NCBI GenBank assembly: GCA_963793305.1
Contig: CAWBZV010000002.1
Span: 288,001-352,000, forward strand
Reading direction: 5' to 3'
Source: an uncultured Gemmatimonadales bacterium
GTDB taxonomy: Bacteria > Gemmatimonadota > Gemmatimonadetes > Gemmatimonadales > Gemmatimonadaceae
Length of the DNA: 64,000 nucleotides
A model generated the notes under the pieces. That model worked only from the letters and a program-made list of their open reading frames with translations. It was not told the origin of the DNA and made no database searches. Shown piece after piece: positions 19,839-30,128 of the stretch; position 1 is the stretch's first letter, and each line of letters opens with the position of its first letter. The translations under genes and the position numbers were made by a program.

Positions 19839-21547
19839 TGACACTCCTGCGCGATCGCGTTCGAGTCCGCGACCTCCCACCGGTTGCCCCGCGCGGCGTT
19901 TCGCATCTCCCCACTGGTCAACACGGAGCACGCTTCCGCGGACTTCTTGAGGATGACATAAGCGTCGGCACGGTCGAACAATACTTCGGCCTTCTGCGTC
20001 GGATCAGTCACCCTGGGCAGGACACGGCTGGTCAAGGCGAGGGCTTCAGTGGCGTTTGCGTCGGTGCGTTTCTCGAGCAGCGACCCAATACGCTCGATCA
20101 GTGCGGCGGGAGACGCCGCAGTATCCGTGGCCGGCGGCGGCGTCACGTGGCCACCGGTGGTCGAGTCGTGTCGAGCCGGTGGCTTCTGTCGCTGCCCTTT
20201 GCCGCCGTCCGACGTCTGCTTGACAACCGTGCTCGTATCGTGCGTCAGACTGTCGGGTGCTGGGGCGACCTGGGCGGTCGTGTCCTTCCCTACAATAGGC
20301 GGCTTCGAGCCCCGGCCGTTGGTCGCCAGCACGAACGCCGTGCCGCCGGCAACGAGGAGCGCCACCGCGCTGATCCCGACCACGAGCCCCGTACGCTTGC
20401 GCGGCGGGCCAGATGGCGGCGGAGCGGACGGGCCCTCGGCCGCGCCAGGACCGCGTGGCAGCGTCGGAGGCTCGACCGCAGGCGCCACTCGCGTCGCCGG
20501 CACGGTGCTCGCTCCGCCCGCTTTGCCGGCAGCCATCGCGTCCATCGCCGTCGTGACAGCGCCGTAGGGACTCTGCCGTGGAACCGCCACCCCGGCGGCT
20601 TGCGCGGCATGCACGAGGTCAGCACCGAAGTCTGCGGCGACCGCGTAGCGCTGGGTCATATCCCGCGCCAACACCTTGTCGAAGACGGCCTGTAGACCGG
20701 GCGGAAAGGTGAGATCTGGCCGCATTTCCGCCAGCGTTTTCGGCTTCTCCATGAGGCGCATGAGCATCGCCTCCTGCGCGGTCTCGCTCGGAAACGGAAG
20801 CTTGCCCGTCAGCATGACGAAGGTCACGAGGCCAAGCGAATAAACGTCGCTCCGCCCATCGAGTTTGTCCCCGGCCAACTGCTCGGGGCTCATGTACTCG
20901 GGCGTGCCGACGACCAATCCGGTCTTGGTGACTTTCTGCGCCTCGTTCTGACTCGCTTTCGCGATGCCGAAATCCACGACCTTCACCATATCGGCGCCTT
21001 CCCGCCCGCGCCCAATCATGATGTTGTCGGGCTTCAAGTCCCGGTGCACGATCCCCAGCTCGTGAGCGACCGTCAGCGCGTCGGCCGTCTGCCGAGCGAT
21101 AGTCACCGCGCGGGCCAACGGCAGCGCGCCCAAGCGCTGGATGAGCTTCGTCAGCGGCTCGCCGTCGACGAACTCCATCGCGAGGTAGATGAGGCCGTCC
21201 AACGTCTCCCCGAAGTCGTAGATGGCCGCGACATTGGGATGCGTGATGCGGCTCGCGTTCGCGGCTTCCCGGTTGAACCGGCTCACCGCGTCGGGGTCCC
21301 GTGTCAGGTTCGGGCTCATGACCTTTACCGCGCACCGCCGCGCCATGCGGACGTGCTCGGCCAGGTACACCTGCCCCATGCCACCTTCGCCCAGCTTCTG
21401 CAAAACGTGATACCGCTCGGCGACGACTTGGCCAACGAGATCGGCATGAACGTCGGCGGAACGCAGCGCCGAGCCGTCCTTAGGACAGAAGCGCTCGGAC
21501 ACCGGGTATTCCGTGCCGCACGTCGGACAGGTTTTCAAGGGCGTCAA
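19835..21547 (-). CDS. Membrane Ser/Thr protein kinase with N-terminal zinc ribbon
   Basis: CPTCG...FCPKDG, LGEGGMGQVY, HRDLKPDN, DFG, GTPEYMSPE; TM helix and helical C-terminal domain. Confidence 0.95.
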   Translation of the reverse strand: MTPLKTCPTCGTEYPVSERFCPKDGSALRSADVHADLVGQVVAERYHVLQKLGEGGMGQVYLAEHVRMARRCAVKVMSPNLTRDPDAVSRFNREAANASRITHPNVAAIYDFGETLDGLIYLAMEFVDGEPLTKLIQRLGALPLARAVTIARQTADALTVAHELGIVHRDLKPDNIMIGRGREGADMVKVVDFGIAKASQNEAQKVTKTGLVVGTPEYMSPEQLAGDKLDGRSDVYSLGLVTFVMLTGKLPFPSETAQEAMLMRLMEKPKTLAEMRPDLTFPPGLQAVFDKVLARDMTQRYAVAADFGADLVHAAQAAGVAVPRQSPYGAVTTAMDAMAAGKAGGASTVPATRVAPAVEPPTLPRGPGAAEGPSAPPPSGPPRKRTGLVVGISAVALLVAGGTAFVLATNGRGSKPPIVGKDTTAQVAPAPDSLTHDTSTVVKQTSDGGKGQRQKPPARHDSTTGGHVTPPPATDTAASPAALIERIGSLLEKRTDANATEALALTSRVLPRVTDPTQKAEVLFDRADAYVILKKSAEACSVLTSGEMRNAARGNRWEVADSNAIAQECQ

Positions 21548-21649
21548 ACCGTATCCCCCCGGGGAACCGATCCAAAATAGACTATATCAATAGCCGTGAT
21601 GTCACCCCCGGGTCGCCCGAATAGGGTGCCAGTGCTTACTTTCCCGTCC

Positions 21650-23236
21650 GTGTCGGTTGGACGGACGCTTCGGCTCTTTGTTCTCGCGACCGGCCTCGCG
21701 GGTTGCGCCGGCACGCCGCCGACGACCACCCCGACGCCGCTCGGCGAGCCGAAGGCCGCCGAAATAGTACCACCGGCGCCCCCACTGCCGCCGATCCCGC
21801 ACTTGAGCGGCCCCCCGGTGATCACGGTGGTATATCCCCGGGCCGGGGCAACGATCGCGGTCCGCGACTCCAATTTCATTCTGGGCTCGGTCGGCACCGG
21901 TGACGCCACGCTGACCATCAATAACACGCCAGTCCACGTGGAGCCGAACGGCGCGTTCCTGGCCTGGCTCCCCCTTCCGGACAGCACGGCATTTCGATAC
22001 GACCTGGTCGCGGTCGAGGGCTCCGACACGGTGCGATATACGCATCCGGTCTCTCGGATTCCAACCGCCGACACGGTCGACACGCTGATCGAGCGCCTCC
22101 CGCCATTTCCCGACAGCGGCCAATACGAGGCGATCGGACTGCCGGCCACACCGGACACCGACCGCGCGATCATCGCGCGGCCGACACCGGCCGGGACGTA
22201 CAAATGGTTCTTCCTCCCGGGAACGGCGTTCCAGGTCACCGGCCGGTCCGGCAACTTCATCCGTGTCCGCCTGGACTCGTCGCTCGATGCCTGGGTCTCC
22301 GCCTCGGACGCCCACCTGGGGCCGACCGCGGTCGTCCCCGTGCCGCACCGCATCGTCACCGCGGCGCGCGTGACGTCGAGCACCGGATACGTCGATCTCA
22401 TACTGCCGCTTGGCGACCGTCCGCCATACGCGGTCGAAGAGAGCGGCTCTGATCTCGTCCTCACACTCTATAACACGAAAATCGCGATCGATCTGATTCA
22501 GTATGATGCCAAGGACAGCCTCGTTCGGACCGTCGCGTGGGACCAAGTCACGAACGACCGGGGGCGGATCACGGTCCACCTGAGCCGACCGCCCTACGGC
22601 TACCTGGCGATGTGGGATGATGTCGTTCACCGGTTCGTATTGCGAATCCGCCGCCCTCCCGTGATCGACCCGTCCGCTCCACTCCGGGGTCGCGTGATCG
22701 CCGTCGATCCCGGTCACCCGCCGATCGGCGCGACTGGACCCACGGGGTTATGGGAACCTGTGCCGACCCTGGCGGTGGGACTCAAACTCGACTCGATCCT
22801 CACGGCGCGCGGAGCGCGCGTGATCATGACCCGCACCACGGCCGACCCGGTTGAGCTCTACTCGCGGCCGATTATGGCGCGCCGGGCGAACGCCGAGGCG
22901 CTCGTGAGCATTCACCTCAACGCGCTCCCCGATGGAACGAACCCATTCCTGGGGATGGGCACGGGGACGTACTTCTTCCAGCCCCAGTCCGCGCCGCTCG
23001 CCCGAGTCGTACAGGAGTCGATGGTGCGGCATATGGGACTCTTCGACCGCGGAATCTTTTACGACAACCTGGCGCTCGCCCGCCCAACGTGGATGCCGGC
23101 GATCCTCTGCGAGGGCGCGTTCATCATTGTGCCGCAGCAGGAGGCCGCTCTCCGAACGAGCGAGTTCCAGCGCACCTATGCCATCGGCGTCGCCGACGGG
23201 ATCGAGGCGTATTTTCGCGCACTCGCCACGCACTGA
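21650..23236 (+). CDS. N-acetylmuramoyl-L-alanine amidase (Amidase_3), lipoprotein
   Basis: IAVDPGH, E, VSIHLNA, ILCE zinc motifs; lipobox LAGC. Start GTG 21650 preferred (ORF open from 21596). Confidence 0.9.
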   Translation: MSVGRTLRLFVLATGLAGCAGTPPTTTPTPLGEPKAAEIVPPAPPLPPIPHLSGPPVITVVYPRAGATIAVRDSNFILGSVGTGDATLTINNTPVHVEPNGAFLAWLPLPDSTAFRYDLVAVEGSDTVRYTHPVSRIPTADTVDTLIERLPPFPDSGQYEAIGLPATPDTDRAIIARPTPAGTYKWFFLPGTAFQVTGRSGNFIRVRLDSSLDAWVSASDAHLGPTAVVPVPHRIVTAARVTSSTGYVDLILPLGDRPPYAVEESGSDLVLTLYNTKIAIDLIQYDAKDSLVRTVAWDQVTNDRGRITVHLSRPPYGYLAMWDDVVHRFVLRIRRPPVIDPSAPLRGRVIAVDPGHPPIGATGPTGLWEPVPTLAVGLKLDSILTARGARVIMTRTTADPVELYSRPIMARRANAEALVSIHLNALPDGTNPFLGMGTGTYFFQPQSAPLARVVQESMVRHMGLFDRGIFYDNLALARPTWMPAILCEGAFIIVPQQEAALRTSEFQRTYAIGVADGIEAYFRALATH

Positions 23237-23238
23237 TC

Positions 23239-26139
23239 GTGCTCCGCCTCGCGCTGGCGCTGACGCTCGGAGCGGCCGCGACGGCCGTCGCGCAAGTTGA
23301 CCCGAGCGAACCCTGGCGCGAGATCCGCACGGCGCACTTCCGCATCATATTCACGCCGCCGCTCGAGGACCAAGCCCGCCGCGCGGCGGTGAGCGCCGAG
23401 CGCGACTATGCGGCGCTGGCGAGGGAGCTCGTGCCGCCACGCGGGACGATCGACATCGTGCTGGCTGATAACGTGGATTATACGGAAGGCTCGGCGACGC
23501 CATTTCCGACCAACCGGATCATCGTCTACGCGCACCCACCGGTCAACGTCCAGACGCTCAGGTTCTACGGCGATTGGAACGCGCTCGTGATGCAGCATGA
23601 GCTCACGCACATATTCCACCTCGACCGCGCCCGCGGTTGGTGGAGCGTTGCCCAGCACGTGCTCGGGCGCAACCCGGTGTTCTTTCCAAACCTCTATACC
23701 CCGGCATGGGTCACGGAGGGCCTCGCGGTCTACTACGAGTCGCGCCTCACGGGATTCGGGCGGTTGGCGGGAACGGCGCACAATACGATCGCCGAGGCCG
23801 CGGCACGCGACGGGATGCTGCCGCGGCTCGACGAAGTGAATCTGACGTCACCCGTCTGGCCGCTGGGCGAGGGCTCGTATGCGTACGGCTCGCTCCTGTT
23901 CGAGTACCTGAGCCGCACGCGCGGCGACACGACGATTCCGAAATTCATCGAGCGGACGAGCATCCAGGCCGTGCCGTTCTTTCTCAACCACGCGGCCAAG
24001 CACGCATTCGGCGTCACGTTCGAGAAGGCGTGGGCGGAGTTCCGTGACTCGGTCAATCGAGCGGTGGCCGCATCACCGCCGCCTGGCCCGCGTCTCTCGC
24101 TGCTGTCGCTGACGCGCGACGGCTACCAGGCGATGTTCCCGCGCTGGCGCGACTCATCCACGGTGCTGTTCAGCGCGAACAACGAGAAGGATGTGCCCGG
24201 CCTCTACGCGGTCGACCTTGCGGGGCACGAGCGACGGCTCGACCGCCGGAACGACGCCACTGACAACGACGCGGTTGGCGAGCACACCGTCGTGTACGAC
24301 GAGTTGGACTTCACATCGCCCTATGACCTTCGGTCCGACCTCTATCGCAGCGATCACGGACACCACCGCCGGTTGACGCATGGCGCGCGGTTGTCGTTCG
24401 CCGACGTGCGGCCGGCAGGTGACAGCGCGATCGTGGCCATGCAGGCGATACCCGCGTCGACGCGCCTCGTACTCGTGTCGGCGGACGGACGGCGCATCAC
24501 GCCGTTGACGCGCGGGACGCCGGACACGCAGTGGACGGAGCCTCGATGGTCGCCGGACGGCCGGGCGATCGCCGCCGTCCGGTGGACGCGCGGCGGTTTC
24601 TCCGAGATTGTGGTGCTCGACACGACCGGTATGATCGTGCGGGTCGTAACCCGCAGTCGTTCGGTGGAATCCTCGCCGGTGTGGACCCCCGACGGACGGC
24701 GGATTCTGTTCACGTCGGATCGCACCGGCCGCACAGAGCTCTATTTATCTAACCTGACCGATTCTACGCTCACGCGCGTTGGTGGCGCGGGGGCCGCGGT
24801 GTACTACCCAGCCGTGTCGCCCGAAGGGCGCACGCTAGCTGTGGCCGCCTATCGCGGCGACGGCTACCACATTGCGGTCACGCCTTTCGATACCACAGCC
24901 GGCGTGCGCGTCGCGCGCGACACGCTGCTGGACAGCATCCGGCTGGCGCCGATCGCGTACGACTCGTCGCCATCGCGTCGGTTTCACCCATGGAGTGGGC
25001 TCATCCCGCGATACTGGACGCCAACGGTCGCGCAGACCGATCTCGGCGACTACGAGCTCGGTGTGTTCACATCAGCGTCCGATGTCGTCGGGATCCATTC
25101 GTACACGGCGCAAGTGCTGTTCGACCCATTGCACGCCAACCAGCCCGAAGGCGGCTTCGGGTACGTGTACAGTGGGTTCGGCAATCCCGTGCTCGATGCC
25201 GGCGTGGACGTTTACTGGACGCACCAATATCTCCTCAACGCGAGCGGCGCCACGGTCGCGACGCTCACGCACAGCTCGATCGCGCCGACCATCGGCGCGA
25301 CGCTGCTGCGTCCCCGTGCGCGCACGAATCTGACGTGGACGATCGGCGCCGAGGTCGAGTTCCGCGATTACAGCACCGCGCCGTCCGCCGTTCTCACGGA
25401 GTTGCCGCGGTTCTACGGTACCCACCCGGTGTTTCCATCGTTGTTCTCGACGCTTTCGTGGACAAACGTCAAGTATCCAGGGATCGCCATCTCGCCCGAG
25501 GATGGCGTGGCGGTCTCGGTCACCGGGCAGCAGCAGTGGCAGTGGCAGAGCGGCGCCGCCACGACGCGGAGTGTGGTCGGTGTGTTGAGCGGATACGAGG
25601 GGATCGCGCTGCCGGGGTTCGCGCACCACGTGATCGCCGCGCGCGTTGCCGCCGGGTGGGAAGATGCGAACGCGACGGGCGAATTCGGTACCGGTGGGAT
25701 CAGCGGGCTCGGCATCGGTGTCGTGCCGGGGCTTGGGTTCGGCGACCAACCGCGCGTGTTCTACGTGCGAGGGTACGATCCAAATTCGGAGGAGGGCACG
25801 CGCGCCGTGGTGGGGTCGGTCGAGTATCGCCTTCCGTTGTTCATCCCCGCGCGCGGATTCCACCTCTTCCCGGTTTTCCTCGGCCGCACATTGCTCACCG
25901 TCTTCGGCGACGCGGGCGAAGCCTGGTGCCCGTCCGCACCGTTGCCAGCGGCGTGTTCGCCGGGCGATGTCCAGCGGCATATCATGGAATCGGTCGGTGG
26001 CGAGCTCAATTTCGACGCGACCCTGCAGTACGATATCCCGTACCGGTTTCGTCTCGGCCTAGCTGCGCCGGTCGCGAATCGCCAACGTTACGGCGCGCCG
26101 GTTGTCGCTCCTTATTTCTCTCTTGGTCTCTCGTTCTAA
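23239..26139 (+). CDS. Outer-membrane protein: gluzincin-like domain + TolB/PD40 propeller + Omp85/BamA-like barrel
   Basis: Signal peptide; QHELTH and WVTEGLA; PRWSPDG/PVWTPDG/PAVSPEG repeats; VRGY and EYRLP barrel motifs; terminal Phe (SLGLSF). Confidence 0.8.
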   Translation: MLRLALALTLGAAATAVAQVDPSEPWREIRTAHFRIIFTPPLEDQARRAAVSAERDYAALARELVPPRGTIDIVLADNVDYTEGSATPFPTNRIIVYAHPPVNVQTLRFYGDWNALVMQHELTHIFHLDRARGWWSVAQHVLGRNPVFFPNLYTPAWVTEGLAVYYESRLTGFGRLAGTAHNTIAEAAARDGMLPRLDEVNLTSPVWPLGEGSYAYGSLLFEYLSRTRGDTTIPKFIERTSIQAVPFFLNHAAKHAFGVTFEKAWAEFRDSVNRAVAASPPPGPRLSLLSLTRDGYQAMFPRWRDSSTVLFSANNEKDVPGLYAVDLAGHERRLDRRNDATDNDAVGEHTVVYDELDFTSPYDLRSDLYRSDHGHHRRLTHGARLSFADVRPAGDSAIVAMQAIPASTRLVLVSADGRRITPLTRGTPDTQWTEPRWSPDGRAIAAVRWTRGGFSEIVVLDTTGMIVRVVTRSRSVESSPVWTPDGRRILFTSDRTGRTELYLSNLTDSTLTRVGGAGAAVYYPAVSPEGRTLAVAAYRGDGYHIAVTPFDTTAGVRVARDTLLDSIRLAPIAYDSSPSRRFHPWSGLIPRYWTPTVAQTDLGDYELGVFTSASDVVGIHSYTAQVLFDPLHANQPEGGFGYVYSGFGNPVLDAGVDVYWTHQYLLNASGATVATLTHSSIAPTIGATLLRPRARTNLTWTIGAEVEFRDYSTAPSAVLTELPRFYGTHPVFPSLFSTLSWTNVKYPGIAISPEDGVAVSVTGQQQWQWQSGAATTRSVVGVLSGYEGIALPGFAHHVIAARVAAGWEDANATGEFGTGGISGLGIGVVPGLGFGDQPRVFYVRGYDPNSEEGTRAVVGSVEYRLPLFIPARGFHLFPVFLGRTLLTVFGDAGEAWCPSAPLPAACSPGDVQRHIMESVGGELNFDATLQYDIPYRFRLGLAAPVANRQRYGAPVVAPYFSLGLSF

Positions 26140-27008
26140 TGCCCTCCTATCTCATCACCGGCACGAACACCGGCATCGGCCGCGCCACGGCCGAAGCGCT
26201 GGCCGCCAAAGGCGGTCGCGTGATCCTGGCCGCGCGATCGCAAGAGAAAACGATGCCCGTGCTTCAGGAGATTCGTGCTCGATTCCCGAGTGCCGAGCTC
26301 GAGTTCTTGTCGATCGATCTCGCCGATCTCGCGTCGGTCAAGGCCGCTGCGACAACGGTGATGTCCTCGGGTCGCCCGCTCGATGTCCTGATCAACAACG
26401 CGGGCCTCGCCGGCTCGACGGGCCGCACAAAGGATGGCTTTCAGCTCACGTTCGGCACCAATCATCTCGGCCCGTTCGTGTTGACCGAGATGCTGCTCCC
26501 GCTGCTCACGGCTGCGCCGCAAGGCCGCATCGTGAACGTCGCCAGCGAAGCACACCGGGGCGCGAAAGGCATCAACTTTGGCGCGCTGCGTGAATTCGAC
26601 AAGGGATTGATCAGCGCATACAGCGTCTCCAAGCTCGCGAACGTGCTGTACGCGAAGGAGCTCGCGCGGCGCCTCATGGCCACGCATGTGACGACCTACT
26701 CACTCCACCCCGGTGTCGTCGCCTCCGACATCTGGCGCAAGCTTCCGGCTCCGGTCAGGGTGATCGCCAAGCTCTTCATGACCTCGAACGAGAAGGGCGC
26801 AGAGACGTTGGTTTACTGCGCGACCGCTCCAGAGCTGGCGTCGGTCTCCGGGCGTTATTATGAGAAGTCCAGGGAGAAGGAGCCCTCGCCAGTGGCGAAG
26901 GACGAGGCCCTGGCCCGCGAGTTGTATGATTGGAGTGAGTCAGCGGTTACGAGCGTGCTCGGCCAGGGCTGGCGCTCGGCGCAGCCGGGCGCTGTCCAAC
27001 CGACCTAG
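26139..27008 (+). CDS. SDR family oxidoreductase (retinol dehydrogenase-like)
   Basis: ITGTNTGIG, LINNAG, TNHLG, YSVSK, SLHPGVV. ATG 26139 overlaps the upstream TAA. Confidence 0.93.
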   Translation: MPSYLITGTNTGIGRATAEALAAKGGRVILAARSQEKTMPVLQEIRARFPSAELEFLSIDLADLASVKAAATTVMSSGRPLDVLINNAGLAGSTGRTKDGFQLTFGTNHLGPFVLTEMLLPLLTAAPQGRIVNVASEAHRGAKGINFGALREFDKGLISAYSVSKLANVLYAKELARRLMATHVTTYSLHPGVVASDIWRKLPAPVRVIAKLFMTSNEKGAETLVYCATAPELASVSGRYYEKSREKEPSPVAKDEALARELYDWSESAVTSVLGQGWRSAQPGAVQPT

Positions 27009-27051
27009 TCGAGCAGCGTAGTGTGCTGCGTCGACGCGCGGCGGAGCCGCG
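26976..27051 (+). repeat. Structured ~76-bp repeat element, copy 1 (covers SDR stop codon)
   Basis: Shares TCGGCGCAGCCG, GTCCAACCGACC, AGTCGAGCAGCG and GACGCGCGGCGGAGCCGCG in the same order with 47925-48001. Confidence 0.85.
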
Positions 27052-27322
27052 GCAGGTTGCCAGGTCGTGAGTCCAGGCAAACCGGCCAGGGCATAATCGC
27101 GACAAAAGCTGCATAACACGTTATATTTATTAGGCTTGCGCTGAGCTCGATTGTAACGGCGGCGCAGCCCGATTGTCACGTGGAAAAGGCGGCCATTGTG
27201 ATATCACTTTTCTAACACGTTTCGCCGCAACGACTTGACAGCAACTGGTGCGGATACACGAGGCGAGCTACAATGCGCCCCCACCAAGTCTGACTTCGAT
27301 ACTTGTCCAACACGAGCTGATC

Positions 27323-29816
27323 ATGCCCCTTTCCGCGACGCCTCCGTCGGGTCCCGCCTCCTTCAGCCAGAACGCTCGCACCGTTCTCGAGAAGCGCTAT
27401 CTGGTAAAAGATGCGACCGGGAAACCGACGGAGAAGCCAGAGGAGATGTTCTGGCGCGTCGCCAGGACGATCGCCGAGGGCGACCGTCGCTACGGAGCGA
27501 GTGATGGGGCGATCGAGTGGGTGGCCGAGGAGTTCTATCGGCTCATGACCGAGCGGCGGTTCGAGCCGAACTCGCCGACCCTGATGAACGCCGGCCGGCC
27601 ACTCGGCCAGCTCTCGGCGTGCTTCGTGTTGCCGGTCGAGGACGCGTTGTCGAATGGCAAGGACGGGATCTACGACACGCTCAAGTCGATGGCGCTGATC
27701 CATCAGAGTGGGGGCGGCACGGGCTTCTCGTTCTCCCGGTTGCGGCCGAGGGACGCGATGGTCCGCTCGACCACGGGCGTTGCATCGGGGCCGGTGTCGT
27801 TCATGACGCTCTACGATGCGTCGACCGAGGCGGTGAAGCAGGGTGGCACGCGGCGCGGGGCGAACATGGGGATTCTGCGCGTCGATCACCCTGATATCGT
27901 GGAATTTATTACCTGTAAAGAAGACATCACGAAGATCGTGAATTTCAACATCTCGGTCGCGGTCACGGACGAATTCATGCGCGCCGTGCAGGCCGGGACG
28001 ACGTACGATCTCAAGGATCCGCGGACGGGCACGGTCGTGAAGTCGCTCGACGCGAATATGGTATGGGACAAGATGATCCAGGGCGCCTGGAAAACGGGCG
28101 AGCCCGGATGCTTCTTCATCGATGAAGCGAACCGGTACAATCCGGTGCCGCACCTCGGCCCGTACGAAGCGACGAACCCGTGCGGCGAACAGCCGCTGCT
28201 GCCCTACGATGTCTGCAACCTGGGCAGCATCAACATCGGGTACTACGTCAGGGATGGGAAGCTCGACTGGGACGCGTTCCGCCGCGACATCCAGCTGTCG
28301 ACGCACTTCCTCGACAACGTCATCGACGTCAACAAATACCCGCTGGCCGAGATCGACCATCTCTCGAAGCGCATCCGTCGCATCGGTCTAGGCCTCATGG
28401 GCTTCGCCGACGCGCTCGTGCGCTTGGGTATCCCCTACGACTCCACGGAGGGGGTCGAGTTCGGGCGGAAGGTCATGGAGTTCGTCGACACCGAGTCGAA
28501 GCGCGAGAGCGAGCGGTTGGCGCACGAGCGCGGTGCGTTCCCCGAGTGGGCGCGCTCGATCTGGGGGCCGGACGAGACGTGTGCGCGGGGCAAGGACGGC
28601 CAGCGCGTTCGTCCGATGCAGCTGCTCCGCAACTGCAATGTGACGACGATCGCGCCAACGGGCACGATCTCGATCATCGCCAACTGCTCCTCTGGTCTCG
28701 AGCCGCTCTTCGCGGTGGCGTTCATGCGCAACCAGGCGGGCGTGATGATGCCCGATGTCAACGAGGATTTCGTCGCCATTGCCCGGCGCGAGGGCTGGTA
28801 CTCGGAAGCCTTGATGCAGAAAATCGCGACCGAGGGCCACATCAACTTCCCCGAACGTCCCGGAGAAGTGGCAGCGGGTGTTCGTGACCGCGAACGCGAT
28901 CGCTCCAGAGTGGCACATGCGCATGCAGGCGGCCTTCCAGCAGCATTGCGATAGCGCGATCTCCAAGACCACGAACTTCGCTCACACGGCGACGGTGGAC
29001 GACGTCCGCGCGATCTACGAGTTGGCGTACGCGCTCAAGGCGAAGGGCGTGACCGTCTATCGCGACGGGTCGCGCGATGGCCAGGTCCTGTCCACCGGCG
29101 CCACGGAAAAGGCGAAGGCCGAGCGCGATAAGCCGGCTGGAGACAAGCGCGAGATCGGCGAGCTGCAGGGCACGATCAGCGAGCTGCACGCCGAGGTCGA
29201 TCGCCTGAAAAAGTCGTTGTTCGATGTCGAGGCCGAGAACCTGCAGCGCCGCATGAAGCGTTCGCGTCCGGACATGCTGCGTGCGACGTCTCTACGGAAA
29301 GAGACGCCCCTCGGCACCATGTTCGTGCACATCACCGAGGACGATCGCGGTCAGCCGTTCGAGGTCTTCATTAACCTCGGCAAGGCCGGCGGCGCCGCCA
29401 TGGCTGATGCCGAGGCAATGGGTCGCCTGATCTCGGTCGCTCTGCGCTCGGGGATCCCTCTCCAAGAGATCCACCGCCAACTCCGCGGGATCGCCTCCGA
29501 CCGCGCAATCGGCCTCGGCCCGAACAAGGTCTTGTCGGTCCCCGACGCGATCGGCATCGCGCTCGAGGAATGGTGGCGCCAGAAGCAGGGGATCCAGCAA
29601 GACCTTCTCTCGTCATCCCCGACCCCGCCCTCTGTGCCCGCTCTGCCTGCGCCAGTCGCCAACTATTCGAACGGCCATGCCCCCGCCCCGGCCGAGTTCT
29701 CTGGTCACACGAACGGCGAGTCGTTCATTGGCCAGTGCCCTGACTGCGGCTCCTCCCTCGAGTTCGCCGAGGGCTGCGCCAAGTGCCACGTCTGCGGCTT
29801 CTCGGAGTGCGGCTGA
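27323..29816 (+). CDS. nrdJ: Class II adenosylcobalamin-dependent ribonucleotide reductase with C-terminal TSCPD-like/zinc domain, one frameshift at ~28855
   Basis: PNSPTLMNAG, LSACFV, GGGTG, RRGANM, TNPCGEQ, CNLGS, TIAPTGT, SAISKT, GVTVYRDGSR; ends CPDCG...CAKCHVCG. One extra base joins 27323-28954 with 28878-29816. Confidence 0.93.
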
Positions 29817-29843
29817 CGGCCATCGTTCAATCTGGAGTCTCGT

Positions 29844-29987
29844 ATGTCGAAGCAAGACCAACACGCGGTGATGCTCGTGAGCGCAGTCGTTCTCGGAGTG
29901 ATCATGCTACAGAATCCGAGATGCAATCGAGGATGCAAGACGGTTGCTGAGCATCTGATTGCTCACGGTATCGACGCTCTGCTCTGA
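29844..29987 (+). CDS. Small putative membrane protein (47 aa) with CxxxC
   Basis: MSKQDQHAVMLVSAVVLGVIMLQNPRCNRGCKTVAEHLIAHGIDALL; GGAG at 29834-29837. Below the ORF-track cutoff. Confidence 0.55.
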   Translation: MSKQDQHAVMLVSAVVLGVIMLQNPRCNRGCKTVAEHLIAHGIDALL

Positions 29988-30094
29988 CGTTGCGCATGCC
30001 GGCGGCCTGGTCGCGGGCAATGCTGCTGTTTGGGCTTCAACCCCAGCAGGACGGCTCCTTCTCAGCAAGCTGCGTTTGTGACGGCGTCGCACGA

Positions 30095-30123
30095 TTGCGT
30101 TGCGGTATAAAGAAAGTTATACT
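30095..30123 (+). promoter_or_regulatory. Sigma70 promoter with overlapping operator for the TA operon (leaderless)
   Basis: TTGCGT 30095-30100, 17 nt, TATACT 30118-30123, 5 nt, ATG 30129. Inverted repeat GTATAA-N6-TTATAC at 30105-30122. Confidence 0.75.
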
Positions 30124-30128
30124 TGGGT

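Noticed and set aside
21644..21675. Possible further copy of the repeat element (reverse GTCCAACCGAC at 21652-21662)
   Set aside because: Only an 11-nt match; the flanking hairpins are absent.
27052..27322. Cobalamin riboswitch or NrdR boxes upstream of nrdJ
   Set aside because: An AT-rich tract, GTGATATCAC palindrome, TTGACA and TACAAT are present, but I could not match a B12 box or tandem NrdR consensus, and the hexamers are not 17 nt apart.
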